Source of the DNA: an uncultured Chloroflexia bacterium
GTDB lineage: Bacteria; Chloroflexota; Limnocylindria; Limnocylindrales; CSP1-4
NCBI GenBank assembly: GCA_963734535.1
Contig: CAVTHS010000010.1
Coordinates: 288,001 to 352,000, forward strand
Reading direction: 5' to 3'
Length of the DNA: 64,000 nucleotides
In this document: positions 30,910 to 41,567 of the stretch, one piece after another
Layout of the letters: each line of letters begins with the position of its first letter
How positions within the stretch are numbered: the stretch's first letter is position 1
Notes under the pieces: generated by a model
Told to the model about the DNA's origin: nothing
What the model saw: the letters and a program-made list of their open reading frames with translations, nothing else
Database searches by the model: none
Program-made: the position numbers and the translations under genes

Positions 30910-32927
30910 GATCGTCCTCCTGCGGCGCGGGCTGCGGCCGGGCGGTTGAGCAGGCTTGCCTGCTCCATCCGCCGCTGCAGCGATCTACGGGTCTCGTTGT
31001 GGTGTTGTTCGTCGGTCATGAGGCGCTCGATGGTCGGTCGGTCGTTCGCCCGCTCGGCCTCGCCGAGCTCCACGCGGGTCCAGCGGGTTCGCTCCTCCAG
31101 CCTGTCGAGCTCCAGGCGGAGCAGGCACTGCTCGATCCCCTGTGACGCGACGCGGAGATCCGTGGTGCCGGCATCCGTGCCCGCGTCGCGCCGCTCGAGG
31201 AGCGCGACGAGGAGCGCCTGCGTCTCCGGATCCGCCGCGAGGCGGGCGAAGACACGCTCGGTCGTGTAGGGCGGATCCTCCCGGAGCGCGAGCATCGCGG
31301 TCCAGAGCTCGCGGGCCGGCTGGCTCGGCAGGTCGGCCGGGGCAAGCCGTTCGGCCGTGGCCCCCTGCGTCTCGGGGACCGAGAGGAGAAAGCGGAGCAG
31401 GTCGCGCTCCACCGGGTCGATGGCCCGGAGGACGGCCTTCGGATCGAATGCGTCGGGCGAGGCGAGCACCGATGCCGCCGAGATCCGGCCCTCGCCGGCC
31501 CCGGCCGATCCGCCGCGAGCGGCCTCGGGCGCGCGGTGCAGCGACTCGAGGAGCACGCGCTCCTCCACGCCCGACACCTGGCGGAGCTGCTGGAGGTAGC
31601 CGTCGCGGAGGACCGGGTTCCGGACCGTTCGAAGCGTGGGAAGGATCGCGTCGATGAAACGCGCCCGACCGCCGGTGGTGCGCAGGTCGGCCGATCGGGC
31701 ATGGAACTCGATCAGGTACTCCACGATCGGCGCGGCCGTGCGGATCGCCTCGCGCCACGTGTCGGGCGCGTCACGGATCACCTCGTCGGGATCCTTGCCG
31801 TCCGGCAGCCGGGCAACCCGGACCTCGTCGAGCTCCACGCCCGCGTCGGCCGCCGCGAGCTGGCGCGTCAGCTGCTCCAGGGCGGTCACTCCCAGGGTCC
31901 CGGCACGCTCCCCCGCCGGATCAACGTCGTAGGCAAGCACGATCTTCTTCGCGGCGTAGCGGGTCAGCAGGGCCACCTGGCCCGGCGTGAGCGCGGTGCC
32001 CAGGCTGGCGACCACGTTGTCGAAACCGGCCTGGTGAGCCATGAGCGCGTCCGTGTATCCCTCCACGATCACCGCGATCCCCGACTTCCGGATGGCCGCC
32101 TTGGCGCGGTCCAGCGGGTAGAGCGTGCGGCTCTTGTCGAAGACCGGCGTCGCCGGGGAGTTGAGGTACTTCGGGCCGTCGGGATCCGGGGCGGGCTGGG
32201 CGGCGCGGGCAGGCTCGCCGGCCGCGGGCTGGTTACCGGCGTCCCCAGCGGTCCCGGCCGTCGGCGGCGGCGCCGGCAGGATGCGACCGCCGATGCCCGT
32301 GGCATTGCCCGTCGCGTCGCGGATCGGGAAGAGGACCCGGCCCCGGAAGCGGTCGTAGACGCCCCGCCCGCTCCGGCGCGGCATCGCGAGGCCAACCTCG
32401 GTCAGCTCGGCCGCGCCGATCTGGCGCTTGCGCTCCAACGTGCGGACCAGGGCGTCCCAGTCCGGCGGCGCGAAGCCAAGCTGGGCGCGCTCGATCGACT
32501 CGTCGGTGAAGCCGCGGCCGCGCAGGTAGGCGAGCGCCGCGGCGCCCGTCTCGCTGTTCATCAGGACCGCGTGGTAGAAGGCGAACGAGGTGTCGAGGAC
32601 CTCGTGGAGGCGCTTGCGGTGGGCATCCTCGCGGGAGGTCCGCTCGTCGATCTCCACCCCGGCGCGCTGCGCGAGCCGGCGGAGCGCCTCGGGGAAGGCG
32701 ATCCCGTCGCGGCGCATGACGAACGAGAAGATGTCGCCGCCCTCGCCGCAGCCGAAGCAGTGCCACGTCTCGCGGGCAGGCGTCACGATGAAGCTGGGCG
32801 TCTTCTCGCCGTGGAACGGGCAGAGACCCTTGAGCGTGGTGCCGGCCTTCTTCAGCTGCACGGTCTCGCCGACCACGTCGACGACCGTGAGCTTGCTCTT
32901 GACTTCCGCAGCGACCCCGACGGCCAA
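30906..32927 (-). CDS. dnaG: DNA primase
   Basis: CPFHGEKTPSF...CFGC zinc finger, FRGRVLFPI, PKYLNSP, VEGYTD, YDVDPAG, KDPDE; GGAGG RBS before TTG. Confidence 0.96.
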   Translation of the reverse strand: MAVGVAAEVKSKLTVVDVVGETVQLKKAGTTLKGLCPFHGEKTPSFIVTPARETWHCFGCGEGGDIFSFVMRRDGIAFPEALRRLAQRAGVEIDERTSREDAHRKRLHEVLDTSFAFYHAVLMNSETGAAALAYLRGRGFTDESIERAQLGFAPPDWDALVRTLERKRQIGAAELTEVGLAMPRRSGRGVYDRFRGRVLFPIRDATGNATGIGGRILPAPPPTAGTAGDAGNQPAAGEPARAAQPAPDPDGPKYLNSPATPVFDKSRTLYPLDRAKAAIRKSGIAVIVEGYTDALMAHQAGFDNVVASLGTALTPGQVALLTRYAAKKIVLAYDVDPAGERAGTLGVTALEQLTRQLAAADAGVELDEVRVARLPDGKDPDEVIRDAPDTWREAIRTAAPIVEYLIEFHARSADLRTTGGRARFIDAILPTLRTVRNPVLRDGYLQQLRQVSGVEERVLLESLHRAPEAARGGSAGAGEGRISAASVLASPDAFDPKAVLRAIDPVERDLLRFLLSVPETQGATAERLAPADLPSQPARELWTAMLALREDPPYTTERVFARLAADPETQALLVALLERRDAGTDAGTTDLRVASQGIEQCLLRLELDRLEERTRWTRVELGEAERANDRPTIERLMTDEQHHNETRRSLQRRMEQASLLNRPAAARAAGGRS

Positions 32928-33014
32928 CCTGCCTCCTCGCCCTTCTGCCGTGCCGGCTGAGCTCGTCTGTGCTGCTCGCCTCGCCCGCGAGCGCCGACAG
33001 CCGGACACCGAAAC

Positions 33015-33037
33015 GGCGTGTCAAGCCTTGACACGCC
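33015..33037. promoter_or_regulatory. perfect 23-bp palindrome downstream of the dnaG promoter
   Basis: GGCGTGTCAAG-C-CTTGACACGCC. Confidence 0.6.
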
Positions 33038-33050
33038 CTTCTCTGTCGAG

Positions 33051-33079
33051 ATTGTGCGCGTCGATGACTCGCTTGTCAA
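33051..33079 (-). promoter_or_regulatory. sigma-70 promoter for dnaG-rpoD
   Basis: TTGACA (33079-33074), 17 bp spacer, CACAAT (33056-33051). Confidence 0.7.
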
Positions 33080-33271
33080 GGGGTTGTCAATACCCCTGGG
33101 GAGTACCGCGGAGTGCGGGTGGTGGCATCCTCGATGTGTCCGCTGGACCCTGACATGCCCGTGTCCTGCCGACAGGGGGTTGTTCGAGGTTGCCGAACCC
33201 GAGGGGGGAGTTGCCGCGGCGACTGTTCGCCGTCACGATGCGACGGTCGTGAGCACCATCGAGGAGGGGTG

Positions 33272-33668
33272 ATGAGCGAGCGCCAGACGATCGACAACGT
33301 GCTCGCCGCCGCGCGGGATCGGATCAAGCGGCTCGAACCCGAAGCCGCCCATCGAGCGATGGCCGACGGCGCGCTCCTGATCGACACGCGCTGCGCCGAG
33401 GACCGCCGGAAGACGGGGGTGATCCCCGGCTCCGTTCACGTCCCGCTCTCGGTCCTGTTCTGGCGCCTCGACCCGAGCTCGGGCTACGACGACCCGGCGC
33501 TGTCCGACCTCGCGCGCCCGGTCGATTCTCATGTGCGCCCACGGCTACTCGTCCAGCATCGCCGCTGCGACGCTGGTCGACCTCGGGTTCGCGAGCGTCG
33601 GTGATGTGATCGGCGGATTCGAGGCGTGGGCGGCCGCCGGGTTGCCGGTGCTGTCCGAGGGGCGCTGA
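33272..33668 (+). CDS. single-domain rhodanese (frameshift near 33525)
   Basis: LLIDTR, GVIPGS, WRLDP; shifted frame MCAHGYSSSIAAATLVDLGF...DVIGGFEAW; GAGGAGG RBS. Confidence 0.85.
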
Positions 33669-33797
33669 GGCTCTCCGAGCCAGAGCCCGGCGCTACGCGT
33701 CGTCCTGCGGAGCGAAAACCCCGTAGTCCTGCGGTGGTTCGCCTCGCCCCGGCCGCCCTACCGTCCGGGCATCGGAGCGCACCGCAGGAGTCAGGAC

Positions 33798-34560
33798 ATG
33801 CTCGACCTCGCACCCTCCACAGGACCAGTCCCGCCGCCGTCGGCCGTCGACGCCGTTGCCACGGGACTCGGTCGGACGTTCGTCGACGCCATCGTCGCCG
33901 GGGACTTCGATCGGCTCGAAACGCTGCTCGCGCCTGACGTGCGGTTCCGCGCGATCATCCCCGACGAATACCAGGAAGCCTCGACGGCCGCCGGCGCCCG
34001 CGCGCTCATCGAGGACTGGTTCGGCGGGACGGACCCCGGGAGCTGCTCGGCTCGACGGTCGAGCTTGTCGGCGACCGGCTGGCGCTCGGATACCGGCTCG
34101 AGCTGACCGAGGACGGCGAGCGGCGCATCGTCGAGCAGCACGTCGCAGCGACCGTCGATGGCGCGTCGATCCGCGACCTCGCCCTCGTCTGCTCCGGCTT
34201 CCGGCCGCTCGCCGCGGACCCGGCAGCGCGGTCGGACGCCACCGCGCGGACGCCTCGCCGGGGATGACCGCCACGCCGAGGCGCCGGCGTTCACGCCGGC
34301 CGCCCGCCTCGACGCAACGGGCCTGTCGTGCGCGACCTTGACCCCGACGATCTCCGCCACGGTCCGCGGGCTCGACGTCGGCGCCGTCCTGGAGATCGTC
34401 ACCGACGACCCCGAGGCGGAGGAGGGCCTGCGGTCCTGGACGAGGCTCACCGGCAATGAGCTCGTCGCGGCCGAGGCCGGACCCGGGTCTGTCCGCCGCT
34501 TCCAGCATTCGTCGATCGCCGCGGGACGCGGCTACCGACCACCAGGAAAGGGACCGACTG
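33798..34560 (+). CDS. SnoaL/NTF2-like domain followed by TusA-like sulfur carrier domain (2-3 frameshifts; 3' end uncertain)
   Basis: FVDAIVAGDFDRLETLLAPDVRFRA...VCSGFRP, then LDATGLSCATLTP...VLEIVTDDPEAEEGLRSWTRLTGNELV. Confidence 0.7.
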
Positions 34561-34920
34561 ATGGCCACGATCATCGTCAACGCAACGCACGGGCCGGAGG
34601 ATCCGGAGCGGGCGACCCTGGCGTTCATCACCGGCAACGTGGCCGCGACCGCCGACCAGGACGCGATCGTGCTGCTCACGATCGAGGGCGCCTGGCTCGG
34701 GGTGCGAGGACGCGCCGACGTCGTCGCGCACCCCGGCATGCCGGCCCTCCGCGACGTGATGGCGCAGTTCGTCGCCGCCGGTGGCCGGATCTGGGCGTGC
34801 GGCGCGTGCACCAAGCCGCGGGCCATCACGCAGGATGACCTCGTGGAGGGGGCCACGATCGTGACGGCCGCCCAGGTCGTGGAGCTTCTTGCATCGGGCG
34901 CTGCTTCGCTTACCTTCTGA
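34561..34920 (+). CDS. DsrE family protein
   Basis: [29 protein letters not shown]; AGGAAAGGGA RBS. Confidence 0.88.
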   Translation: MATIIVNATHGPEDPERATLAFITGNVAATADQDAIVLLTIEGAWLGVRGRADVVAHPGMPALRDVMAQFVAAGGRIWACGACTKPRAITQDDLVEGATIVTAAQVVELLASGAASLTF

Positions 34921-34925
34921 GCCTG

Positions 34926-37853
34926 ATGCGAACCGTCGGGCTGATCGGTCGCGAGCACGAGGCCAGGGAGCTTCGCGCCGCCGCCTCCGCTGCGAGGCGG
35001 CGGCGCGGCGGCCTGGTCCTCGTCGCCGGAGACGCCGGGATCGGCAAGACAGCCCTCGTCGAGCGGACGCTGGAGGGCCGCCTGCCGATCGTCCTGCGCG
35101 GGGCCGCCCGGGCCTCCGGCTCCGCCCCGTTCGACCCGCTCGTCGCGGCGATCCGGTCCCATCCCCGCTGGCCGGCGATCGCCGCCGAGCTGCTTCGCGA
35201 CGTCCGGCGTCAGCGGCGCGGCCCGGGACGCCATCCGCTCGCTGTTCGGCGAGCTCGCACCCTCGGGTGGCCCGCGCGCGACCGATGCGGTGACGGCGGG
35301 GCCGGCCACCGACGGCGACCCGAACGCGACTCGCGACGCCGTGTGCCGGCTCGTCGTCGAGCTCGCCCGGATCGAGCCGCTGGCGGTCGTTCTCGACGAC
35401 CTGCAGCGCGCCGACCACGCGACGATCGACGCGTTGCCCAGCCTCGCCCGGTCGGCGGCACGGGAGCCGCTGCTGGTCGTCGGGATCTACCGGACCGACG
35501 AGATGCCGCGCTCGAGCCCGGTCCGGCGCCTGCGCGTCGAGCTGCGGCGGGACGGCCGACTGCACGAGATCGCCCTCGGCCCGCTCGACGCCGCGTCGAC
35601 CGCCGCGCTCGCGGCCCGGACCCTCGGCGCCCGACCGGACGACCTCCTGGCCCAACGGCTCTTCGACCGGAGCCAGGGCCTGCCGCTGTTCGTGGAGGAG
35701 CTGTCCGCGGCGCTCCTCGCCGACGAGGCGATCGTGATCGCCGACGGCGTCGCGACGCTCGTCCGCGACGACCTGCCCATCCCGGAGACGCTGCGCGACA
35801 GCATCCTCATCCGCGCCGACGGCATGCCGGCCGCCGAGCGGGAGGCGCTGGCGACGGCCGCGCTCCTCGGCGACGAGGTGGACGCGACGATCGTCGACGA
35901 GCTGGCTGGCGGGGACGACGCCTGGAGGCGCGCCGGGGTCGAGCGCGGGATCCTCGTCGCCCACGGAGAGGGCAGCGTCGCGTTCCGGCACGGGCTCGTG
36001 CGCGAGGTCCTGCTCGACGATCTGCCCTCGGCAGAGCGACGGACCCAGCATCGCCGGATCGCCGAGATCCTCGCGGCCCGCGGCGCGGAGCCGCTCGTCG
36101 TGGCCGAGCACTGGCTCCGCGCGGGCGAGACACACGAGGCCGTCGCCTGGCTCCTCTCCGCAGCCGAGGCGTCACGCCGCGTCCACGCGTACCGGGATGC
36201 CGCGAGCGCCTACCGGCGGGCGCTCGACGAGGACCGGGGCACGCTCGATTCGCCGCTCGACGTCCTCGAGCGCCTCGCCGTCGTGCCTCGAGCTGTCCGG
36301 GGGCCTCGGCGAGGCGGCGAGGACATGGGAGACGGCCGCCGCGTCGCGGAGGCGGACGGACGGCCCGATCTCGCCGGGGAGGACCAGCGGCGTCGCGCTC
36401 GGGTGCTCGAGGTCCAGGGCCGCTGGGCGCGGGCGATCGAGGCCCGACTTGCGGCCGTCACGGGGTTCGAGGCGGCGGGGCGTCCGGCGGAGGCGGCGAC
36501 GGAACGGCTGGCCGCCGCGGCCCATCTCCGGTCGGCGGCGGACTTCACGGCGGCGCTCGGGCTCCTGGACCTCGCCCGCACGGAGGCGCGCGAGGCAGGT
36601 CGGGCGGACCTCGAGGCGCGGGCGATCGGGCTCGAGGGGAACGTCCTCGCCCGGATGGGACAGGGCCGACGAGGGTCTCCCGCTCGTTCGCCAGGGCCTG
36701 TCGCTCGCGCTCGACGGCGGGCACACGACGGCGGCGGCCGAGCTGTTCCAGCGCCTCGCCGACTCCCTGGAGCACGCGGGCAGCTACGACCCGGCGCAGG
36801 GCGGCATACCTCGAAGGCGCCGACTACTGCCGGACGCGGTCCATCGAGCTCGACGGCCCAGCTCTGCCTGGCCTGCATGTCGGTGGTGCTGTGGCAGACT
36901 GGCGACTGGTCGGGGGCCGAGCGGACCTCGCGGGAGGTGATCGCCTCGGCGGATGCGGCGCAGCACGCGCGCGCCGTCGCGGAGGGGATCCTCGGGATCG
37001 TGGCCGCGCTCCGCGGCAGCGCCGGCCGGGCGCGGCCGCACCTCGAGGCGTCCCTGCATGCCGCCCGCCGGATCGAGCTTGCGGCCATGGAGCTCATCTC
37101 GAGCTGGGGCCTTGCCCTCTGCGATCGCCTCGATGGCGACGAGGCCGGCGCGGTCGAACGGTGCCGCCGGCTCCTTGCGCGCTGGGAGCGCACCGAGGAG
37201 CGGCACTACGTCGTGCCGGCCCTCCGCTGGGCCGCGACCGTGTTCGCCGAGCAGAGCGACGCGGCGGGGGTCCGTGCGTGCGCCGACGCGCTCGCGCGGA
37301 TCGCCGCCCAGACCGCGCAGCCCGAGGCCATCGCGGCGCTGGCGACGACGCTCGGCGAGGCCGCCTCGCTCGAGGGCGACGCGGACGCCGCGGCGCGCAC
37401 TTCGCCAGCGCGCTCGACGCCATCTCCGTCCGTGACCTGCCGCTCGAGCGCGCGGAGATCGGACGGCGCGCCGGCGTCGCCCTGGTCCGCGTCGGCCGCC
37501 GGGACGACGGGGTCGGGGCGCTGGTTGCGGCCGCCCGCACGGCACGCCGCCTGGGTGCCACCCCGCTCGGCGTCATGATCGCGGCGGACCTGGCTGCCCT
37601 CGGCGAGCCGGTCGAGCGCCGGCTCGGCAGCCGGGAGGCGCGTCGGCTGGCCGACCGGGGCCTGACCCGGCGGGAGCTCGAGGTGATCCGGCACGTCGGG
37701 CACGGCCTCACGAGCCGGGAGATCGGTGAGGCGCTGTTCATCAGCCGGCGCACCGTCGAGATGCACGTCGGCAGCGCGCTCACGAAGCTCGACTGCCGGA
37801 CGCGCGCCGAGGCGGTCCAGCGGGTCGCCACGCTCGGCTTGCTGGCGACCTAG
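34926..37853 (+). CDS. large ATP-binding LuxR-family (LAL/MalT-like) regulator; about 7 apparent frameshifts
   Basis: [15 protein letters not shown] Walker [11 protein letters not shown] Walker [13 protein letters not shown]-like helices, LTRRELEV...[16 protein letters not shown]. Confidence 0.88.
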   Translation: MRTVGLIGREHEARELRAAASAARRRRGGLVLVAGDAGIGKTALVERTLEGRLPIVLRGAARASGSAPFDPLVAAIRSHPRWPAIAAELLRDVRRQRRGPGRHPLAVRRARTLGWPARDRCGDGGAGHRRRPERDSRRRVPARRRARPDRAAGGRSRRPAARRPRDDRRVAQPRPVGGTGAAAGRRDLPDRRDAALEPGPAPARRAAAGRPTARDRPRPARRRVDRRARGPDPRRPTGRPPGPTALRPEPGPAAVRGGAVRGAPRRRGDRDRRRRRDARPRRPAHPGDAARQHPHPRRRHAGRRAGGAGDGRAPRRRGGRDDRRRAGWRGRRLEARRGRARDPRRPRRGQRRVPARARARGPARRSALGRATDPASPDRRDPRGPRRGAARRGRALAPRGRDTRGRRLAPLRSRGVTPRPRVPGCRERLPAGARRGPGHARFAARRPRAPRRRASSCPGASARRRGHGRRPPRRGGGRTARSRRGGPAASRSGARGPGPLGAGDRGPTCGRHGVRGGGASGGGGDGTAGRRGPSPVGGGLHGGARAPGPRPHGGARGRSGGPRGAGDRARGERPRPDGTGPTRVSRSFARACRSRSTAGTRRRRPSCSSASPTPWSTRAATTRRRAAYLEGADYCRTRSIELDGPALPGLHVGGAVADWRLVGGRADLAGGDRLGGCGAARARRRGGDPRDRGRAPRQRRPGAAAPRGVPACRPPDRACGHGAHLELGPCPLRSPRWRRGRRGRTVPPAPCALGAHRGAALRRAGPPLGRDRVRRAERRGGGPCVRRRARADRRPDRAARGHRGAGDDARRGRLARGRRGRRGAHFASALDAISVRDLPLERAEIGRRAGVALVRVGRRDDGVGALVAAARTARRLGATPLGVMIAADLAALGEPVERRLGSREARRLADRGLTRRELEVIRHVGHGLTSREIGEALFISRRTVEMHVGSALTKLDCRTRAEAVQRVATLGLLAT

Positions 37854-38050
37854 ACGAACGCGAGAAGTGTGAGCATGGCTGTCCTCGGAGCCTGGCGATG
37901 AGGCGCGGGTGACGGTCACCGTTCTGGAGCCTGCCGGACACGGTCGTGATCCGGCCAGCGCAACGCACGCCTGACCGGAGGTGCTTTCGCAACGCTTACC
38001 CGGGAGACTCGTATGATTGTTCGCATATGGGCAGGTTTCAGTAGAATTCG

Positions 38051-38743
38051 ATGAACACCGAAGGGAAGAGCGGGGCCCGCTGGATCGGCCTTGGCGAAGC
38101 GAGCGCGATGCTCGGGATCGCGCCCCCGACGCTGCGCCGGTGGGCCGACGACGGCAGGATCCCGGTCTTCACCACACCAGGTGGCCATCGCCGGTTCTCC
38201 CGGACGGCCATCACGGCGCTGCTTCCCGTGGATCGCGCCCGCCGGCCGACGCTGGCGCGTCTGGGCGCCTCGCCCGAGCGCATCGCTCGGGCCTACCGGG
38301 GCCTGCATGGAGCCGGAGACCCGGCGCACGCCTCCTGGATCGACGGGCTGTCTCCCGAGCGCCGGATCATCTTCCGGGACCGCGGTCGCGCGCTGGTCGC
38401 CGTCCTGCTCGTGTACCTGGACGCGCCGGATGCGGCGGCGGCGAACGTCCGCCTGCAGGATGCGAAGCGGCTGGCGGCAGCCTACGGGCGCGAGGTCGCG
38501 GAACTGGGATGGTCGATGACCGAGGCCGTCGAGAGCTTCCTGCGATTCCGCGCGCCATTCACCGAGGCCCTGGCGGCAGTGGCCCGCCGCCGCGGGCTCG
38601 ACACGCGAGAGGCGACCGATCTCCTCTCCCATGCCGAGGCGGCCACCGACTCACTCCTCGTTGCGCTCGTGACTGGCCATTCGCTGGCCACCGGGGAGCG
38701 CGATGTCTCCCGCGCCAGGTCCCAGGCCCTGTCTGCAGAATGA
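38051..38743 (+). CDS. HTH_17 (excisionase/MerR/BldC-like) regulator with all-helical C-terminal domain
   Basis: LGEASAMLGIAPPTLRRWADDGRIPVFTTPGGHRRF; stop overlaps the hemA ATG. Confidence 0.85.
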   Translation: MNTEGKSGARWIGLGEASAMLGIAPPTLRRWADDGRIPVFTTPGGHRRFSRTAITALLPVDRARRPTLARLGASPERIARAYRGLHGAGDPAHASWIDGLSPERRIIFRDRGRALVAVLLVYLDAPDAAAANVRLQDAKRLAAAYGREVAELGWSMTEAVESFLRFRAPFTEALAAVARRRGLDTREATDLLSHAEAATDSLLVALVTGHSLATGERDVSRARSQALSAE

Positions 38744-39905
38744 GCTCGGCACGCGTCGTCGCGCCTCGCGCAGGCCCCGGTCGCCAGTCGACCATGGCCG
38801 GCATCCGCGCGATCACGGCCGATGCGGCAGTGATGGATTCCGCGGCCGTGACCGTCTCGCGGCTGCGCTGCGTGCGGCCGGCCTTGACGGCGGCCTCCTC
38901 CTCGAGACATGTCACCGGGTGGAGTACTACGGCGCCGGGACGCCCCGCGCGCTGGCTCGCGAGCTGCCAGCCAGGGGTGCCCGCGTCCTCGACGGCGTGG
39001 CCGCTGTGCGCCACCTGCTGCGCGTCGCCGCCGGGCTCGAGAGCGCGGTCGTCGGCGAGGACCAGATCCTCTCGCAGCTGCGCCGAGCCGCGGACGAGCT
39101 CGAGCCGGGGTCGACCGACCCCGTGCTCCACCGCCTTGCGCAATGCGCCCTGGGCCTCGGGAGACGCGTCCGGCGCACGGCGCGACCACGGGAGCGCGGC
39201 CTGGCCTCGACGGCGCTCACCTGGCTTGCGCCACGGATCGGCGGCTGGCCGCACGCCCGGATCCTCGTCGTCGGGGCGGGAGGCATGGGGACGGCGGCGG
39301 CGATCGCGGCGCGGCGCCGCGGCTCCGATGTCACCGTCGCGACCCGCACGCCACGGCAATTGGCCGGGGGCCTTTCGGCGATCGGCCTCGACGCCGCGGC
39401 GCGACTGGCCCCCGAGGTCGATGGAATCGTCGTTGCCCTCGGCGGGCCGTGGCTCCAGCTCGGCACGTTGACGACGCCGCTGCCGCCGATCGTGGACCTG
39501 TCCGCGCCCCCCGCCGTGCCCGCCACGATCCGCGAGACATCGACGACCATCGACATCGACGGGCTGTTCACGCTCGGTCGCGACGCTCGGCACATCTCCT
39601 CCGTCTTCGTCGCGCGGGCCGAGGCGGAGGTCGTCGCCGCCGAAGCCGCATTCCTGCGCTGGGTCGCCTCGCGACCGTCGGCGACAGCCGCGCGACGGCT
39701 TCGCGACCAGGGTCGACGGCACGCCGAGCTGCGGGCAGAAGCCGCGCTGCGCCGGCTCCCGGGCCTCGACGATCGCGGGCAGGCGATCGTGCGACGACTG
39801 GCCGCGCAGGTCGCCGCGGACTTGCTCCACGCCCCGCTGTCCCGGCTCGGCACGGACGCCTCGGGCCAAGCCAACGAGGCGGTCCGAATCCTGTTCGACG
39901 TGTGA
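38740..39905 (+). CDS. hemA: glutamyl-tRNA reductase (frameshift near 38850)
   Basis: ETCHRVEYY, VAAGLESAVVGEDQIL, VVGAGGMG, DLSAP. Confidence 0.88.
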
Positions 39906-40789
39906 TCACGCTCCGGTTGGGAACGCGCGGATCCACGCTTGCGCGAACACAGGCGGGAATCGTCGCCGAGATGCTGGTGAGCCGTGGCTCCCGCGTCGAG
40001 ATCGTGACGATCGTCACCGCGGGCGATGTGCGTGCCGTGGACACCGCGTGGGGCGAGGGAGCGTTCGTCGGCGCGCTGGAGCGGGCGCTCCTCGAGGGGC
40101 GGATCGACCTTGCGACCCATTCGGCCAAGGACGTCCCGCTTGACACGGCGCTGCCCATCGCCGCGTATCCGGTCCGCGAAGAGTCGCGCGACGTCCTCGT
40201 GACGCGCGCCGGGGGGCTCAGCCTCGCCTCGCTGCCCGAGGGTGCCGTCGTGGGCACCGACAGCCCCCGTCGAGCCGGGTTCCTTCGGGCCGAGCGCCCT
40301 GACCTGCGAGTCGTCCCCCTTCATGGGAACGTCGACACGCGACTTCGCCGGCTCGATGCCGGCGACGTCGACGCCCTGATCCTTGCTGCCGCCGGGCTCC
40401 GACGCCTTGGCCTGGCGGATCGCATCGATGTCGTTCTCGACGCCCGTGTGATGCCCCCGGCCCCGGGCCAAGGCGCGCTCGCGGTCCAGGTGCGGAATGG
40501 TGGCGACGACGTCGCCGCGCGCGTCGGTGAGATCGACGACACGGCGGTGCGAGCCGCCGTCGTGTGCGAGCGGGCGACGCTCGCGGCTGCGGGCGGTGGG
40601 TGCCGGGCGCCGCTCGGCGCGACCGCTGAGATCGTCGCCGAGCAGATCCGGCTGACAGCCGGTTTCGTGGCCGAGGATGGGAGGGGCAGGCTCATCGTGG
40701 AGCGGGACGCTCCCCGGACCGATGCGCTGCGGCTGGCCGAGGAGACCGCCTCCGCGTTCCTCGCCGCCGGCTATCGAGGCGGATCATGA
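39902..40789 (+). CDS. hemC: hydroxymethylbilane synthase
   Basis: LGTRGSTLARTQ, HSAKDVP, GNVDTRL, PAPGQGAL, GGGC cofactor Cys. Confidence 0.95.
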   Translation: MITLRLGTRGSTLARTQAGIVAEMLVSRGSRVEIVTIVTAGDVRAVDTAWGEGAFVGALERALLEGRIDLATHSAKDVPLDTALPIAAYPVREESRDVLVTRAGGLSLASLPEGAVVGTDSPRRAGFLRAERPDLRVVPLHGNVDTRLRRLDAGDVDALILAAAGLRRLGLADRIDVVLDARVMPPAPGQGALAVQVRNGGDDVAARVGEIDDTAVRAAVVCERATLAAAGGGCRAPLGATAEIVAEQIRLTAGFVAEDGRGRLIVERDAPRTDALRLAEETASAFLAAGYRGGS

Positions 40790-41565
40790 CCCCCACGGTC
40801 CTGTCGACACGACCTGAAGGAGATCGGGACGCGCTGGTCACGGCCCTCCGAGCCGCCGGCCTCCACTGCCTGGCGGTCCCGACCGTTGCCACGGTCGCGG
40901 TCGGGGGAACGGACCTGCTCGAGGCCCTCGCGTGCCTGCCGGACGGCGGCTGGGTGGGGGTCACGAGCCGGGCGGGCGCGCGTGCCGCGCTCGACGCGCT
41001 CCGGGACGCGGGCAGAAGTCCCGCAGACCTGCGGTGGGCAAGTGTGGGTTCGGCGACGACGTCCACGCTCGCCGGTGCAGGCGTTCGCGTGGAGGTCGAG
41101 GCCGCGGACTCGGGCGGCGCAGCCCTGGGCCACGCCATCGAGCCGGGGCGGGATCTGAGCGGGATCCAGCTCGTGCTGCCCCGCTCGGATCTCGCCTCCG
41201 CGGACCTGACAACGGTGCTCCGCCGCCGCGGAGCCACGGTCTACGACGTCGTCGCATACCGGACGATCGAGGGTCCGCCTGCGAACCTCCTGTCGCTGCG
41301 CCGCGCGCTCTCGCAGCCGGACCTGGCCGCCATCGTCTTTGCCTCGGGATCGGCCGTCCGGGGGCTCGTCGCCCTCGCCGGAGATGCCGCCGCGGCCGCG
41401 CTGGGCCGGACAGCCCTCGTCTCCATCGGCCCGTCGACGAGCCGCGTCCTCCGCGGCCTCGGCATGGAGGTGGCCGCCGAGGCCGCGGCGCCGACCGTCT
41501 CCGGTCTCGTCGAGGCCGTCCTCGCGACCATCCCCGCTCCCCTCCGCGATCGCGAAAGGTCGTAA
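40786..41565 (+). CDS. hemD: uroporphyrinogen-III synthase
   Basis: VLSTRP, VTSRAG, VGSAT, VAYRT, FASGSAV, SIGPST. Confidence 0.9.
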   Translation: MTPTVLSTRPEGDRDALVTALRAAGLHCLAVPTVATVAVGGTDLLEALACLPDGGWVGVTSRAGARAALDALRDAGRSPADLRWASVGSATTSTLAGAGVRVEVEAADSGGAALGHAIEPGRDLSGIQLVLPRSDLASADLTTVLRRRGATVYDVVAYRTIEGPPANLLSLRRALSQPDLAAIVFASGSAVRGLVALAGDAAAAALGRTALVSIGPSTSRVLRGLGMEVAAEAAAPTVSGLVEAVLATIPAPLRDRERS

Positions 41566-41567
41566 CC

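Noticed and set aside
38051-38230. Prophage excisionase
   Set aside because: The HTH_17 is fused to a larger domain and coupled to hemA; no integrase or phage genes nearby.
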